Source: Antechinus flavipes
Lineage: Eukaryota
NCBI RefSeq assembly: GCF_016432865.1
Contig: NC_067401.1
Span: 250,170,001 to 250,234,000 of the forward strand
Direction of reading: 5' to 3'
DNA: 64,000 bases
Every line of letters starts with the position of its first letter. The first letter of the stretch is position 1. A model generated the notes under the pieces. The model was not told where the DNA came from. It saw nothing but the letters and a program-made list of their open reading frames with translations, and ran no database searches. The position numbers were made by a program, and so were the translations under genes. Shown one piece after another: positions 1 through 12,640 of the stretch.

Positions 1-869
1 AAGTCCTCCCTATGTATCAGATTAAGTATCCTGTTCAGGTTGCCACTACTTATGCTCTAAGGTACAATCATCTATCACTGCCCTTCCCTTAGCTTACTCA
101 TTTTTTGCTTTATGGAAGTCTCCGTGAGTTATAGATAAGTTATATCCTTACAGTATTTGCCCTTTGTACTGTAATTGGATTTTTGTAGTTAAAAAAGTGT
201 GACATTTGCATTGCTTCCTAGGTGGTATCCTCACTGTTCTCATCTTGCTTTATTCTATCCATGTACAGTAAGAATTGGGCTCAACAAGTTGCATGAGATA
301 AAAGGGAAGAATGTCAGTTTGAGAAAGGAGACTTCTATTGGTACCAATTTCAGAATAAATTTTTGATACCTTTTGAAATTTTGTCCTTTGAAAAACATAT
401 ATCTTTAACATAGCATCTTTTAGGTGTTTATACATGACAAAGACAATAGAGAGCTGGCCTCTGAGCCAGCTTGTCTCTGACAGACTGCTTTGTGACCCTA
501 GATAAGTTTAGTGATCTAAGAAATCTGTTGTAATTTGCTAATATCATTTCATTACACCGAGAGATAATCAAGAAACCTTGAAATAGTCATATACTCATAT
601 CCAGTCATACATGCCTGACTTATCAGGGCATTATTTCAGAATTTTCACGTAAAATATCTTATTTAAAAGTGACCTAGCATCATGTTTACTCAGAACAGCA
701 ATTATGCCCAATCTCTAAGCAATGTTTTTGAAGTTTTTTAAAATGAAAAATATATTAAGATCTTGAGAAAACTGTCTTCCTTCAGTTCTTTTACATCTCG
801 ATTTTTTTTTCCTAAATTATCTCTATAGTCTACCTTTTATCCTCACTATTCCCCTGAAACTACCTTCTT

Positions 870-1700
870 CAAGATTTCCAGTGATCTCTTCTTAATTGTA
901 AAACCTAATGGCCTTCCTTTTCTTGATTTTTATCCTTTTTGACCACTTTGCATTATTTAAAATAATGACCACATTCTCTTGCTGAATACTCTTTTCTTTT
1001 TGTGATGGCTGCTTTCTCCTGATTATCTTTCCATCATTCTGGCTGTCTTTTTAATCTCCACTCTTTTGTTTGTATCATATCCACTTACTGTGGGAGTTCC
1101 TCAAGGCACTGTCCTGGTTCTCTTTTCTCTGTCTGATATCTTCTTGTAATCTTTTCAAATTTCATGAATTAATTTTCATCCCTATACAGATGATTCCCAT
1201 ATCTTTACATTAACTTTGACCTTCCTACTACTACAGTCATGCTTGACCAGTTGCTTTTACATCTTAGATTAGATGACCCAAACCACTTGAAACTTAGTGT
1301 TCAAAAGACAACTCCTCATCTTTTTCTCCAAATCCTCTCCTTTTTTTTTTCCTGTTACTGGTCAAAGGCACTACCATCCTTTCACGTTCCCAACTTAGTG
1401 TCATCTTGAAGACTCATTTTCATCCCACAAATTCAGTCCATTCAGTCCAAATCTTTTTATTCATATTTTCACAGGATTTTTATATATGATTTTTTCTCTT
1501 CAGACAGTCCATCCTCCTTAGCTTCCCATCACCTTTTGTCTGAACTAGTGCAGTAGTTCTTTTGATATCTCCTTGTATCATATTTCTCCCTCCAGTCTAT
1601 ACTTTCCAGTTATGGATAGTACCATATTCTCTTCCCACCCATCTCCAGTTCATTGTGCTCTAATGATTGCTTATTATGTCTGTGATTTTCTTTAAGATAT
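870..1700 (+). mobile_element. Ancient L2 LINE fragment (RT to 3' region)
   Basis: Degenerate L2-like motifs: ccagtgatctcttc..aaacctaatggcc, ggagttcctcaaggcactgtcctgg, tatacagatgattcccatatct, ccatcctttcacg..aacttagtgtcatcttga. Confidence 0.7.
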
Positions 1701-2137
1701 TTAGAGCTCCTCATAACCTGACCCCTTCATATTTACTCCCTTCCATATACTAATGTGTATAATTCTTCTAACAATGTAGATCACAATCCCTCTACAACTT
1801 CTTGTCCTGTGTAACTCTTGTCTGTTTTACACTATAACTTCCACAGGGAGTCATTCATGGCTTCAGTTTTACATTGTGTGGTCACTGACTGAGTCTGGGT
1901 TGTCCAGTGAATATCTCAATCTTAGAACATGACCATCTCACTTCTTTTCCCAATCATTGAGCTTTCTAATTATATCCTTTTTGCTCATTGTACTACATAA
2001 TTTTTTGGTTGAAAATGTGGCAACTTAGTTACAGTTGTCACAAACATGACCAATGCCCTTTGGGTTACTCACAACTAATTCTTTGGAACTAATGCTTTTG
2101 ATTCATTACCATTTCACATCATTAGAAGATTATTAGT

Positions 2138-2300
2138 TGTTGGAATCTTTACAAACTGCTAACTCATTAGAGTTGATAGATTATTGATCTGATCTTACAA
2201 GAAGATGTTTTAGACCAGAACCTGAAACAAGGTACTAAGTGGAACCAATTAGTACAATGCTTGTGTTTACACCTTTACTCATTGGAGTTCACAAGTATGC
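2138..2300 (+). mobile_element. Truncated ERV LTR (5' end; same family as 62327-63068)
   Basis: TGTTGGAATCTTTACAAACTG..CAAGGTACTAAG..TGCTTGTGTTTACACCTTTACTCATTGGAGTTCACA aligns to the reverse complement of about 62940-63068. Confidence 0.8.
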
Positions 2301-3599
2301 CAGATTCACAAAGATTAGTGATTAAAAGATAAGCTTTTATTCCAGGAAGAAATTTGGGGTCACCAAAAACACCATGTAGTTTCTCACCTAATTTCATTTT
2401 CTCACTATATTGTTTGCCCAAGGTATATATACTAAGGGGCTAGATTATATGGGTTTTGCAATGGCATTTTCATTTTTTCTTTCATGAATAACTAGACCAA
2501 ACTTTCAAGTGATTATCAATCCCAATTGATTATGCAGTGTCCTAGGGCTTGATTCAATAAGCATAATGTTAGCCACAACGAGGAACATTTTGGAAATATA
2601 GAATCCAAATAAAATTGTGATTTCCTGTTATTCTAAGATCACTTGAAAAAAACCATCTATCTTTTTCTTCTCATACCTTAATCTTTTCAAACATGTCTTG
2701 TGTACATATGTAGATTATAGATGGAAGAGATAAGTACATGAATAAATAATGTTAATGTTTTCTCAAATATCTTATCAGAAAATTAATGATCATTTTTTAA
2801 ATAGCATTTGGTATCTCTCATGCATATATTTTAAAATTCAGTCCCTCAGTAATTTCAAAATTGTGTGCTCCCCACCACAAAACTATTCTGTTAAACTTGA
2901 TATAATCATACTACCATTCCCACTTTAGTTTTCTTTCATACCATTTCTGTTTCTTCACAGAATATCCAGGACTAGGATGTCTAAATGTGGTGGCTCCACT
3001 GTCTAATAAAAAATATATTTATTAGAGGAATTTTAACATCTTTTCTATTTTTTTCTATTTTATCTTTATCTCTTTCCAACTTTTCTGTAAACTTAATTTT
3101 CTCTCCACTTTTGGATTTTTTGTGAGGGTATACTGCTTTATAAGGGCATAATATTACATCATCCTCATCTATAAAATTTATAAATGAGTTAACAGGTCTT
3201 GCCCCAGGCTGCGATATCTCTCTGCTTGGCAAGGAAATTAAGTATCTGCTGGCTGAGGCAATTTGTAGGCATCTGGTATTATTGAATATTGATTTACAGT
3301 GGTTAAACTAAGATATAGTGATATTCTATGTTGATATCAGTTCTTTTATCTATTTCCCATTTTTTAATTACCAAGAACCTTTTTTTTTTTTTTTTTAAAG
3401 ATAAGATCAGAGTTGCTTCAGTTAGAGAGAGCAGGTCTTCTAATTTTTGTTTTAATTTTTTTTTTCCCATGGAAGAAACTAACTTTGCCCTCAGTTTTGA
3501 TTAAAGTCTGTCACTTGTTGATATTATTATTTCAGGAATATGTACCATGTTGACCTAAAGAGTTTTTTCTGTTGCTCACATAGGTTTTGATTAAAGTTC

Positions 3600-3604
<5 letters not shown>

Positions 3605-3641
<37 letters not shown>

Positions 3642-3652
3642 TGTGTGTGTGT
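3605..3652. repeat. (GT)n microsatellite
   Basis: About 24 GT units with one AT interruption. Confidence 0.95.
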
Positions 3653-4739
3653 ATGATAAATATGCAAAGAAGTAAAATCAAGAGCTATTTATCTGGATCA
3701 CAAAATTTTTTCTAAGTACAGTTAAAAATAATGCTTTATACAAGGAAGTATATAGATATTTTTAAATAATAGTTTATAATTTTAAAAAATATTTCATTAC
3801 CATAATAAGAGGAATAAACACTGGCGATTATAAAAATATTATAAAAGTCTTGGATAGCAATTTTGAATTTATAAAGGACTCAATAATTATTCAAATTATA
3901 TCTTCACAATAATAACTTTATAATATATTCTTATAATATCTTTAGACTCAGTAATGCAGTTAATTAATCCTGTGAGTCTTTAGACTTCTGAACTTTCAGT
4001 TTGGTATTTTATTTGCTTAAATAAATTAGTGGTTTTACTTTTATTTTGCTGATTTGGAAATGGCTCCTGCACCAATGACCACATTTGTTATCATTGAAAA
4101 TTTTTAATTTTTTTTTATTTCTTAAGCTATTTGATGCTACTCATGTATGAACACAACTTTATTCTGGAAGAACATATTCATGATTTTGTGTGTGTATTTT
4201 TGTACATGTGTGTGTGTATGTGTGAGAGAGAGAGAAAGAGAGAGAGAAAGAGAACTCTGTCAAGTCACAAGCATTTGTTAAGTGCATTTGCCCTAAAATA
4301 AAAATACAATAAAAAAGAAAGCCCTTTACCTCATAGAACATACATTCTACTAAAAACACATACAAAGTTTCTGAAAAGTAAGTTGGAGCATTGAGAGGGC
4401 AGAAGTTACCCATAAGAGAGTTTCATGGATAGAAATAAAGGCATGAATATGGCTGACTTGAGCACTTTTTTCAGAAGGAGAGTTCCAATAGAATTTTAGC
4501 AATCAGGAAAGGGTGTAAAAGAAGCAGATGAATTTTCCAGGATGAGATTGTCACAGGGGCAGAGGTTGTCGTGTTCTTTTTTTTATTATATTAGAAGAAT
4601 ATTTTTTCCAGCATGTTTTTTTATCATTCTATCTAAATCCATCTTTGCAGTAAAGTTACCATATAACAAAATGTACATTAACTTAATTTTATATGGGTTT
4701 GTCTAACTTCCTCAACCTCTGCAATAAATGTTGATGAGA

Positions 4740-5330
4740 AAAGAGGAAAAAGAACTCATATGTGCAAAAATATTTCTAGCAGCTCTTTTTTTGGTGGTGA
4801 GGATTTGGAAATTGAGTGGATACCCATCAATTAGAGAATGATTGAATAAGTTATGGTATATGAATGTAATGGAATACTGTTGTTCTATAAGAAATGATGA
4901 GTGGGCTGATTTCAGAAAAGCCTGGAAAGATATAAACTAATGCTGAGTGAAGTGAGCAGAACTAGAAGAACATTGTACACAGTAACAGTAAGATTATATG
5001 ATGGTCCACTATGATAGAATTAGCATTTCTCAGTAAGACAGTGATCCGAGACAATTCCAGTGGACTTGGGATGGAAAATGCCATCTGCATCCAGAGAAAG
5101 AATTATAGAGAATGAATGCAGATCAAACCATGCTATTTTCATGTTTTTTTCTTTTCGTGTGATTTTTGCCTTTTGATTTGATTTTTCTTTTACAACATTA
5201 CTAATATAAAATTTAAAAAAATGAGTGTGCATGTATAACCTATATGAGATTGATTGCTGCCTTTGCATGGAGAAGGGAAGAGAGGGAAAGAGCAAAAAAA
5301 TTGGAACTCAGATTCTTAGAAAAATAGAAA
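4740..5330 (+). mobile_element. L1 LINE 3' end (ORF2 C-terminus plus 3' UTR), degenerate
   Basis: Homologous to the reverse complement of 40200-40560: gtgcaaaaatatttctagcagctc, tggaaattgagtggatacccatcaatt, ttatggtatatgaatgtaatggaatac, ttcagaaaagcctggaaaga, ctgagtgaagtgagcagaactagaag. Confidence 0.85.
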
Positions 5331-5421
5331 AGTTGATAGGAAAGTTGCAGTTAATGTAGATTTTTTTTTTTAAAGCTAATCCTTTAAAAATTATCAAACA
5401 GTTATTTTCTCATTGTATCAG

Positions 5422-5785
5422 TGTAATGGGCTGAGGCTTGAGTTGATGCACTGAGGTCCCAAGCACATGAGGCTAAATAGTAATTGGACCATACTCTATT
5501 AATATATAAGCTTGGAGAAAGAATGGCCCCCGCCCACTCTTTGTGCAAGTCCTGATGTGTTGTATAGGAAATGACGATTCTGGTGGGTGGAGGCAGGGGA
5601 GGAAAAAGGAAGGGAAGGAGAGCTCAGGCCCCACTTTCTCTGCTAGCTGGCTTCCTGTCGAAGCTGCCCATATTGCTATCGCAATCCTTCTTGCCCATAT
5701 TGCTATCGCAATCTTTTTTCACCTCTTCACTTCAATAAAGACTGAGTTCCTGACTCCGGCTGATTTTAAATACACGATCATTACA
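5422..5785 (+). mobile_element. Complete solo ERV LTR (364 bp) with 6-bp TSD
   Basis: Termini TGTAATG...CATTACA form a 7-bp inverted repeat. Perfect TSD TATCAG at 5416-5421 and 5786-5791. TATATAA at 5503-5509, AATAAA at 5734-5739, CpGs retained. Homologous to the reverse complement of 61988-62326. Confidence 0.93.
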
Positions 5786-5970
5786 TATCAGTTTCCACTC
5801 ATTTAGAAAGAAAAAAAAAAAAAAAACAACCTTTGTAATAGTTATGCCTAGTGAAACCTGACAAATTCCCTCATTGGCATAGTTCAGATATGTATGTTTC
5901 ATTCTAAATATTGAATCTCTCACATCTCTTCAGATGGTATGTAATATTCTCTATAATTGATTTTCTAGTA

Positions 5971-6163
5971 CAAGGCTTCTTAAGCTTTTTCCACTCATGA
6001 CCCTTTTTCAACTGAAAAATTTTAAGTTATCCTGAGTATACAGCCATGTAACATAAGTATATAAGCTAAACATTTACTGATAACAAACCATAATTTTGCA
6101 ATCCCCACAGTCAGTTATGAATGCCCATTTAGAGTTTTGCAAATCACAGTTTAAAAAGCTGGG
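5971..6163. mobile_element. Non-autonomous hAT/Charlie-type DNA transposon (MITE)
   Basis: Degenerate TIRs caaggcttcttaagc...gtttaaaaagctggg. The flanking 8-mers TTCTAGTA and CTCTGGTA match at 6/8 and are close to the Charlie NTCTAGAN target. Confidence 0.65.
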
Positions 6164-7782
6164 CTCTGGTATCTTCATCATTGTTGGTTATTGCATTCAT
6201 CAGAAGTCTTAAGTCATTCAAAGTTGTTCATTTTTCAAATGAAACTTTTAATTACATGCATTATTCTCCTGGTTCTTCTTACTTCACTCTGAAAAGAAAA
6301 AAAGTAAAACCAAATAAAAGGGGAAGGCATTATATGTGAGAATAAAGGTAAAATAACATGATAGAAGTCTAATACATTATATATTTGAAAATATTCTTCA
6401 TTCTGCAGAAGCATTACCAAGCAAGAATAACTTTTCTGCCTTAAAATACCAAAAAATGTTTTGTATGAACATTATGCTGCAATTATTGTATAAATACAAC
6501 TATGATTAAATGTTTTATGAAATGGCATATCTTCTTTTACTTTTGGATGCGTAACTCAAATCCTTTATTTGCCTATTAAAGGAAACTTATGAACTGTTAT
6601 TTTTCTTTTAGCTGCAATATAGCGATTCTTTTAGTTTCTTTTTAGCAAAGAGAATGTTAATATTATAATTCAGTTCTTCCTATAGAATGTGTTTTATTTT
6701 GTCACTTGAAAAAGATTGAAGTGTCGAGTTAGCCAGTAGGAAGCAGGGACAATAAATGCTAATTAATTAGAAAAATAAGAAAAGATTAAGCAAACAACAA
6801 GAAAAAATGTATAGTAAGAGTGATATTATTATTGGCACTCTCTGCATTCTTTTCTGCCATTTTGTAATTATCATTGCAGTAGTACAACTGAGGGTTGTTT
6901 TTCCAACAATGGGCTACCATAACTAAAGAGTCATGAGTATTTGGCTAGCCAGATTCATTAGCTAGTCATGAATCTTTTAATACTCACCTAAGCTAGATGT
7001 TGAAAAGAGGATCTGGTCCATTTTGGGGACTATAACTTTAAGCCTTTCCAATATAGTAGAATTTGCCAGTGTTTCAACTATATCAGTACAGACTTTGAGA
7101 ATTCAGTGTCGCCTCTTTTCTACAATGTTTTTTGGAAGCAGAATTCTGTGAAAATCTTTCAGGTTTATAAATGAGTTCTTTTAGTATAGACATACAGAAA
7201 GAAATCAGTAAATTGATTGAGTAGCATCTGAACAATTATATTGATGTCATCCTTTATGAAGTAAAATTTAATATTTGCTTTGATTGAGCAATTTGAATTA
7301 CATTGATACTCAAAATATTACATTACAAAGGCAAGTGTTTATAGCTAAATCCATTGTCCAGTGAAGCACTTTTAGTTTACATACATAATTCTGAGAAAGA
7401 ATTTTAGAGGTGATATATTTTAACAATTATTGTTAGTTAGTTATCATGTTAGATGTCATGATAGAATTAGGCTGTAAATAATAACGATTCTTTTCTTTTC
7501 ATGAGTGAATTAAACCATAGTGATAGCATAGATCTTTTTATGTAAGATTCAAGTCAGAATATTTTGTCAAAATACTCATCAGTAATCCTTAGGACTTGTG
7601 TACCAAAGTAAAATAAATGTGTTTATATAATGCTAAGAGTGGGGTCATCAAATAAAAGCATTTTTAAAAGGACTGAATTAGTTTTCATTTTCTGTAGAGG
7701 TTATAGTGAAATTATAGTAATTTCAGGAGTTCTTTTGGTCTCTGTTCATACTTTATGATACAACATTGCTGTCATTATTAAT

Positions 7783-8027
7783 TAGTTGTTTTGGTCACGT
7801 CCAACCTTCATTACTTCATTTGGGGTTTTCTTGACAAAGTTACTGGAATGGTTTGCCATTTCCTTCTTCAGCTTAATTTATACATGAGAAAACTAAAACA
7901 ATTTGACTTAATTGACTTGCCCAGGGTCACACAAATAGTATATGTCTCAGTCTAGATTTGAACTCAGGAAGATTAGTCTTTCTGACTTCAGCCTGGTACT
8001 CTATCCACTGTATCACTTAACTGCCTC
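7783..8027 (-). mobile_element. Marsupial CORE-SINE (Mar1-like)
   Basis: Reverse of the tRNA head (gatttgaactcagg), CORE (gacttgcccagggtcacac) and tail (ggggttttcttgacaaag..ggtttgccatttccttc). Confidence 0.8.
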
Positions 8028-8170
8028 TTTGATGCAGCATTCAGCTGAATAAATAGTATTTAAAATCATAGATATAGACTTCTATATATGTGTGCATGTG
8101 TTTATATATGTATGTATACATATATTCATACATTTATTTGAGTGTATATGTATATGTACACATATTTACA

Positions 8171-8443
8171 GAAGCAGGGAGGTAACTCAGTGAATAGAGT
8201 ATTGATTTTGGAGTCAAGAAAACCTGAGTTCAAATCTGACCTCACCTGGCAGCTGCAAGTCAGTCAACTCAGTGCCTTAGTTTCCTCGTCTATAAAATAA
8301 GTTCCTTGATTTCTTTTTATCTTACTCTGCTGAGGAAGGAAATGACAAACCATTTCAGTATCTTTGCCAAGAAACCCATGGATAATATTGATGTGATATA
8401 GTTTACAGGGTCAGAAAGAACTGGACATGACAGAACAACTGAA
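8171..8443 (+). mobile_element. Marsupial CORE-SINE (Mar1-like)
   Basis: gagtcaagaaaacctgagttcaaatctgacctca (B box), cagtgccttagtttcctcgtctataaa, ggaaatgacaaaccatttcagtatctttgccaagaaa, ctggacatgacagaacaactgaac. Confidence 0.8.
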
Positions 8444-11353
8444 CCCAAAAAAATGCATATATGTGTGTATATAATATATAGATATACAATTAATATTTAT
8501 ATGATTTTATATATGTATATATAGAAATTTGTGTTACACACATGCACACTCACACACATATATACTGATTAAAAACATGTTGTATTTCTGACCAGAGTTT
8601 TAGGCTATCCACAGAAATGACAAAAGTAAGAAATATTTGACCTACATAAATGAGAAAAACTCCATGATTATATGAACTTATGTTTTATATAACATGGTGT
8701 TATTTTTACATTTCCTCTGTAATAGCATATTTTGATTCAGAAGCATCAGCATTTTAGTATGTAAACATAACTAATTTAGATTCAGGCAGTTCTATGAGAT
8801 AAACAATTTATTTTTTATGCATAAATGCTGTATTTGGTATTAAACATAACTATGTTTTTTATGGCATTAATTGCTGACTTAACATGTGTTTAATCAAAAT
8901 TAATTCAAAAAATTTCTCATCATTTTAATTGATCCAGTCTTGTTTGCAAATGTTCTAAGTTTAATCATATATTGATTGTGCATGACACTGTTTTGCCCTC
9001 AAGTAATATTACCTTTTGAAATGCCTTTTGTTTTTATGTAAAATTTAATACTAAGAAATTGCCTTTTGTTTCATTTGGCAACATATTTATTTTAAAATCA
9101 CTTGTGAAGTAACCTATGTGAACCTGTATGATTAGTTTTGAGTCATTTTATACTTAAATAATTTCTACCAAAGACATGATCTCATGGCCTTTCTTCTTTT
9201 TATGCCAAATTTATGATTAAAACATGTGATTTCTTGAAAGGTTAAAAATCACTTAGGTCTTTGGTATTTTTTTGGTTGACACATTAAAAGGGATATCCAG
9301 TAAAAATGGGTTGTTAGCTAAATGATCACTTAGCATATAGATTTGTGTTTATCTTATCTTTCATTTATTGATGAATCTTAAAAAAAGTCTTCTAAAAGTG
9401 ATGTAATTTAAAATATTCAAAAGCTTTTTTTAATTAAAAATGCTTCTTTTTAAAAAGTTGAGTTTTGTCATAAAGGGAATCTAGATTGTAATAATAATAA
9501 ACCTGTAGAAGCAAGGAATGTTTTATTTTCAAGACTCTAGCTTTATACAAATGTGATATAATTAAGCTGATTTCATAACTGCATGAAGCATTTCTCAGTA
9601 TATTTGATTGTAACTAGTTGTTATTGTCTTATAATATGACTCTTGGTTTTTCTGTTCAGTAACTTCTTTGAAACATGAAAGGTATGATGATTTATAAATA
9701 ACATAAAATTTTGAGAGAAAACTATTAGTAGCTTAATAAAAATATTACAAGCCTAGGTTAGAACTGTAGGAAGAAAAGAGAAAAACATAAAAATCAGCTA
9801 GGAGTTTGATATTTCTCAATGGTACCATTATGTTTTGGTTGCTGTTTGCAACCATTGACCTGTGTATCAGAAACTTGGAAAGAGTCTGCTCATTATTATT
9901 CAGACCCATCTGGGCTATAGTACATTAGATAAGATGAACTAACACAAGAAAGCCTACTATAAATGAGCCTCTAATGAAGAACCCATGGCTCAAGGAATAA
10001 GAATGAATAGTTATTGTTAAGGCAATTAGCAATGGGAGTAGGAAGGACTTCTAGCAACTCTCTGAGATTGTACCATGTATTTTTTCCTTATTCAATCAAA
10101 GGTCATGCATGTACTAAACTTAATTTTTCTCTTTGGTAGAGGAGAAAGTTGAAGGCTTTATTATTCTGTGGTTTGTCAGAGAAAATGAAGGGTTTTTGTT
10201 TGTTTGTTTGTTTTTTTAAATAGGACAAAAGAAATGTTCCAAGACCAAAGTCAGTAAGAAAAAAAGAAATGAGAAGGCAGGGTGGCTATTTAAACTTGTG
10301 TCCATAAGTTGAAGGGTAGAAAAATGTGACAGAAAAGAAGAAAGGAAGAAGTGTCCCTATAAGATCAGTGTGGATTTCTTGTACATTCACCCACTCTAAT
10401 GTATATAGCTCCCTGTGTTCCTTAGGGTGATACAATGATGACTAGAGTAATGATATCTATTCTTAGCACTAGGTTATAAGGGATTCAAGAATATGAAGAT
10501 GGCTATCTGCCAGACCAGAAGCTTGGCATGACCAATTAGGAAGGATCATATTTATTTCTTGATCCTTGCAATGTTTTACATAGATCTAATATACTTAATA
10601 ATGAACCAGCATTTGTTACACAACTAGTATGTTAGGTGCTAAAGATACAAATACAGAATTAATACCATCCCTAGCCTCCAGATTTTGTATTCCACTAAGG
10701 GAAACAGAAAATTTACATACATGTTTACTGATAGATATGATATCAGTAATAAAAAACATTTATTATCATTAATATATTATCAATAATATATTAATAATCA
10801 TTAATAATAAAAACATTAAATCATTAATAAAACATTTATTTAACACTTTCACCTATTTATCAGGCATTGTGTAGGTTAGTTGACTGAAGGATAGAATATG
10901 AGACAGAGTAGTGCATAAGATTACGTGGTGCCAGATTGGGAGGAATTCTAAATGACAAAGAGAAGAATTTGTTTTAACTTTAACTTATTTATGGAGCCAC
11001 AGAAGCTTCTTAATCACAGGAATAATATAGTTAAACCTATTTTCATGAATATAACTTTGACAACTATATGGAACATGGAGTGATTAGGTTTCTTGAATTC
11101 AGGGAAATAACTAGAAGAATATGTCATGGCATCATAGTATATACTGCTATAAGAGGTCTTAAAAATCATCTGGGTCAGTCCTTTCATCTCACAAATGACA
11201 TAACTAAAGTCCATAAAGGCTATTACTTACCCAAAGTCACACAAATAATATATAGCAAATTTGGGATTCAAGCCTTTATCATCTGAATATTAATCAATTA
11301 ATCAGTAGCTAAATGTTTTTTATGTATTTAACATGTGGCAGACTCACAAAAAT

Positions 11354-11632
11354 TGTTGTTGTTTGTCCTTCGTTCTTAAGGAGGACTATGACATGCAAGT
11401 GAACTGGACTTAAGAGACGGAAGGCTGTGTGAAGTCACCTGCTTCACTTTCCCCTTCAGAGTCATCTGGTTCCAGTGGCCAGATGTAGATCAAAACGACT
11501 GGAGATAGCCCTGGATGCAGTGGAAGACCTAGGCCTTTTTAAGTTAAGGTCTTTCTTTAACAGGTCTGTCTGAGGCTGCATCCATTCAGTGATTAAGGCT
11601 AGGGAGCAATTGAGGCAAAGAATGGCCTCTTT
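11354..11632 (-). mobile_element. RTE-related marsupial SINE/repeat (WALLSI/RTESINE-like)
   Basis: ttgttgttgtttgtccttcgttct..gtgaactggacttaag..gagtcatctggttccagtggcc..gactggagatagccctggatgcagtggaagacctaggcc resembles the reverse of marsupial RTE 5' sequence as I recall it. Confidence 0.6.
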
Positions 11633-11819
11633 CTAAAAGATTATGTGGTAAACACTGTACTAAGCATTAGTGATACTAAAAGAAATAAACAAAAAACCTG
11701 AAAGCTTTTGTCCTCAGATAGCTATACTTTTCGAAATGCATCCTACAATTGCGTTACCTTTTTAAAAAACTACCAAATTATACTGCTTGTGCAGTACACC
11801 AAAACTTCCAGATTTTATT

Positions 11820-12062
11820 CAGATTAGCTGCTGTCTATATAGCCATCTTGTACGTATGAATCTGATTTTTTTTTGCCCAAGTATAAAAACTTAACCTTAT
11901 TGAATTTTATCTTATTAGACTTAGCCCAGTGCTTCAAATCATCAAGATTTTTTTGAATCCTCACTTAGTTATCTAGAGTGTTAGTTGTCCCTCCCTGCTA
12001 AGTGCCACCTGCAATTCTGATGAGTGTACCATGTATACCTTTATCCAATCATTGATAAAATT
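11820..12062 (-). mobile_element. Ancient L3/CR1 LINE RT fragment
   Basis: cttattgaattttatcttattagacttagcccag..gtgccacctgcaattctgatgag..tttatccaatcattgataaaa is typical of the reverse strand of CR1 RT. Confidence 0.65.
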
Positions 12063-12409
12063 TTGCAAATTTTATGAAAGACAAACCAAGAAGAACAGAA
12101 ACAATACTTGTGACTTCTCCCATCTAAACTTTAGTGTATAGAAGATATTAAAGTAAAATAGAGACCTTAACAAAGGCTGTAAATGTTTTAGACACTTTGT
12201 GGGATAAAACACTTATTTGGAATACAGTAAGGGAAAAATATCTGTTTAAAAAAGATGATTAGATAAAAAGAATATGTCAATGTATATCCAGATGAGTTAT
12301 ATGTGTGTATATAATATATACATGTATATGTACATACATATACATGCACTCATATACATATACCTGTATAGAAATCCTCAAATATAATGGGAAAAATAGA
12401 GTAGAGTGA

Positions 12410-12640
12410 AGATCAAAGGAAAGAGAGATAAAATTGATTTCAGTGGTAGGAATTGATTATACACAGTGTTTTACATCACGATTTGTAGACTAGAGAAAGG
12501 AGAAATAAATGATGCATTCCTCATATAGCTTGTCACAGAAAGAGAATATAACTGTGATGGGAGATTTCATCTTTTCAGACATTTGTGAGAGCTATTTTTC
12601 TAATAAATTACTACTTGTTTTACTGGATTGTGAAGAAATA
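12410..12640 (+). mobile_element. Ancient L3/CR1 endonuclease fragment
   Basis: Track ORF 12509-12691 reads ..QKENITVMGDFIFSDICESYFSNKLL, resembling the CR1 APE motif VVMGDFNYPDICW..SNKFL. Confidence 0.6.

Noticed and set aside
5543-5806. ORF MQVLMCCIGNDDSGGWRQ.. resembling ORF 62020-62301 (VQILMCCIANDDFGGWRQ..), which could suggest a small paralogous gene family
   Set aside because: Both lie inside copies of the same LTR. The peptide similarity reflects DNA homology, and the frames diverge outside the shared segment.
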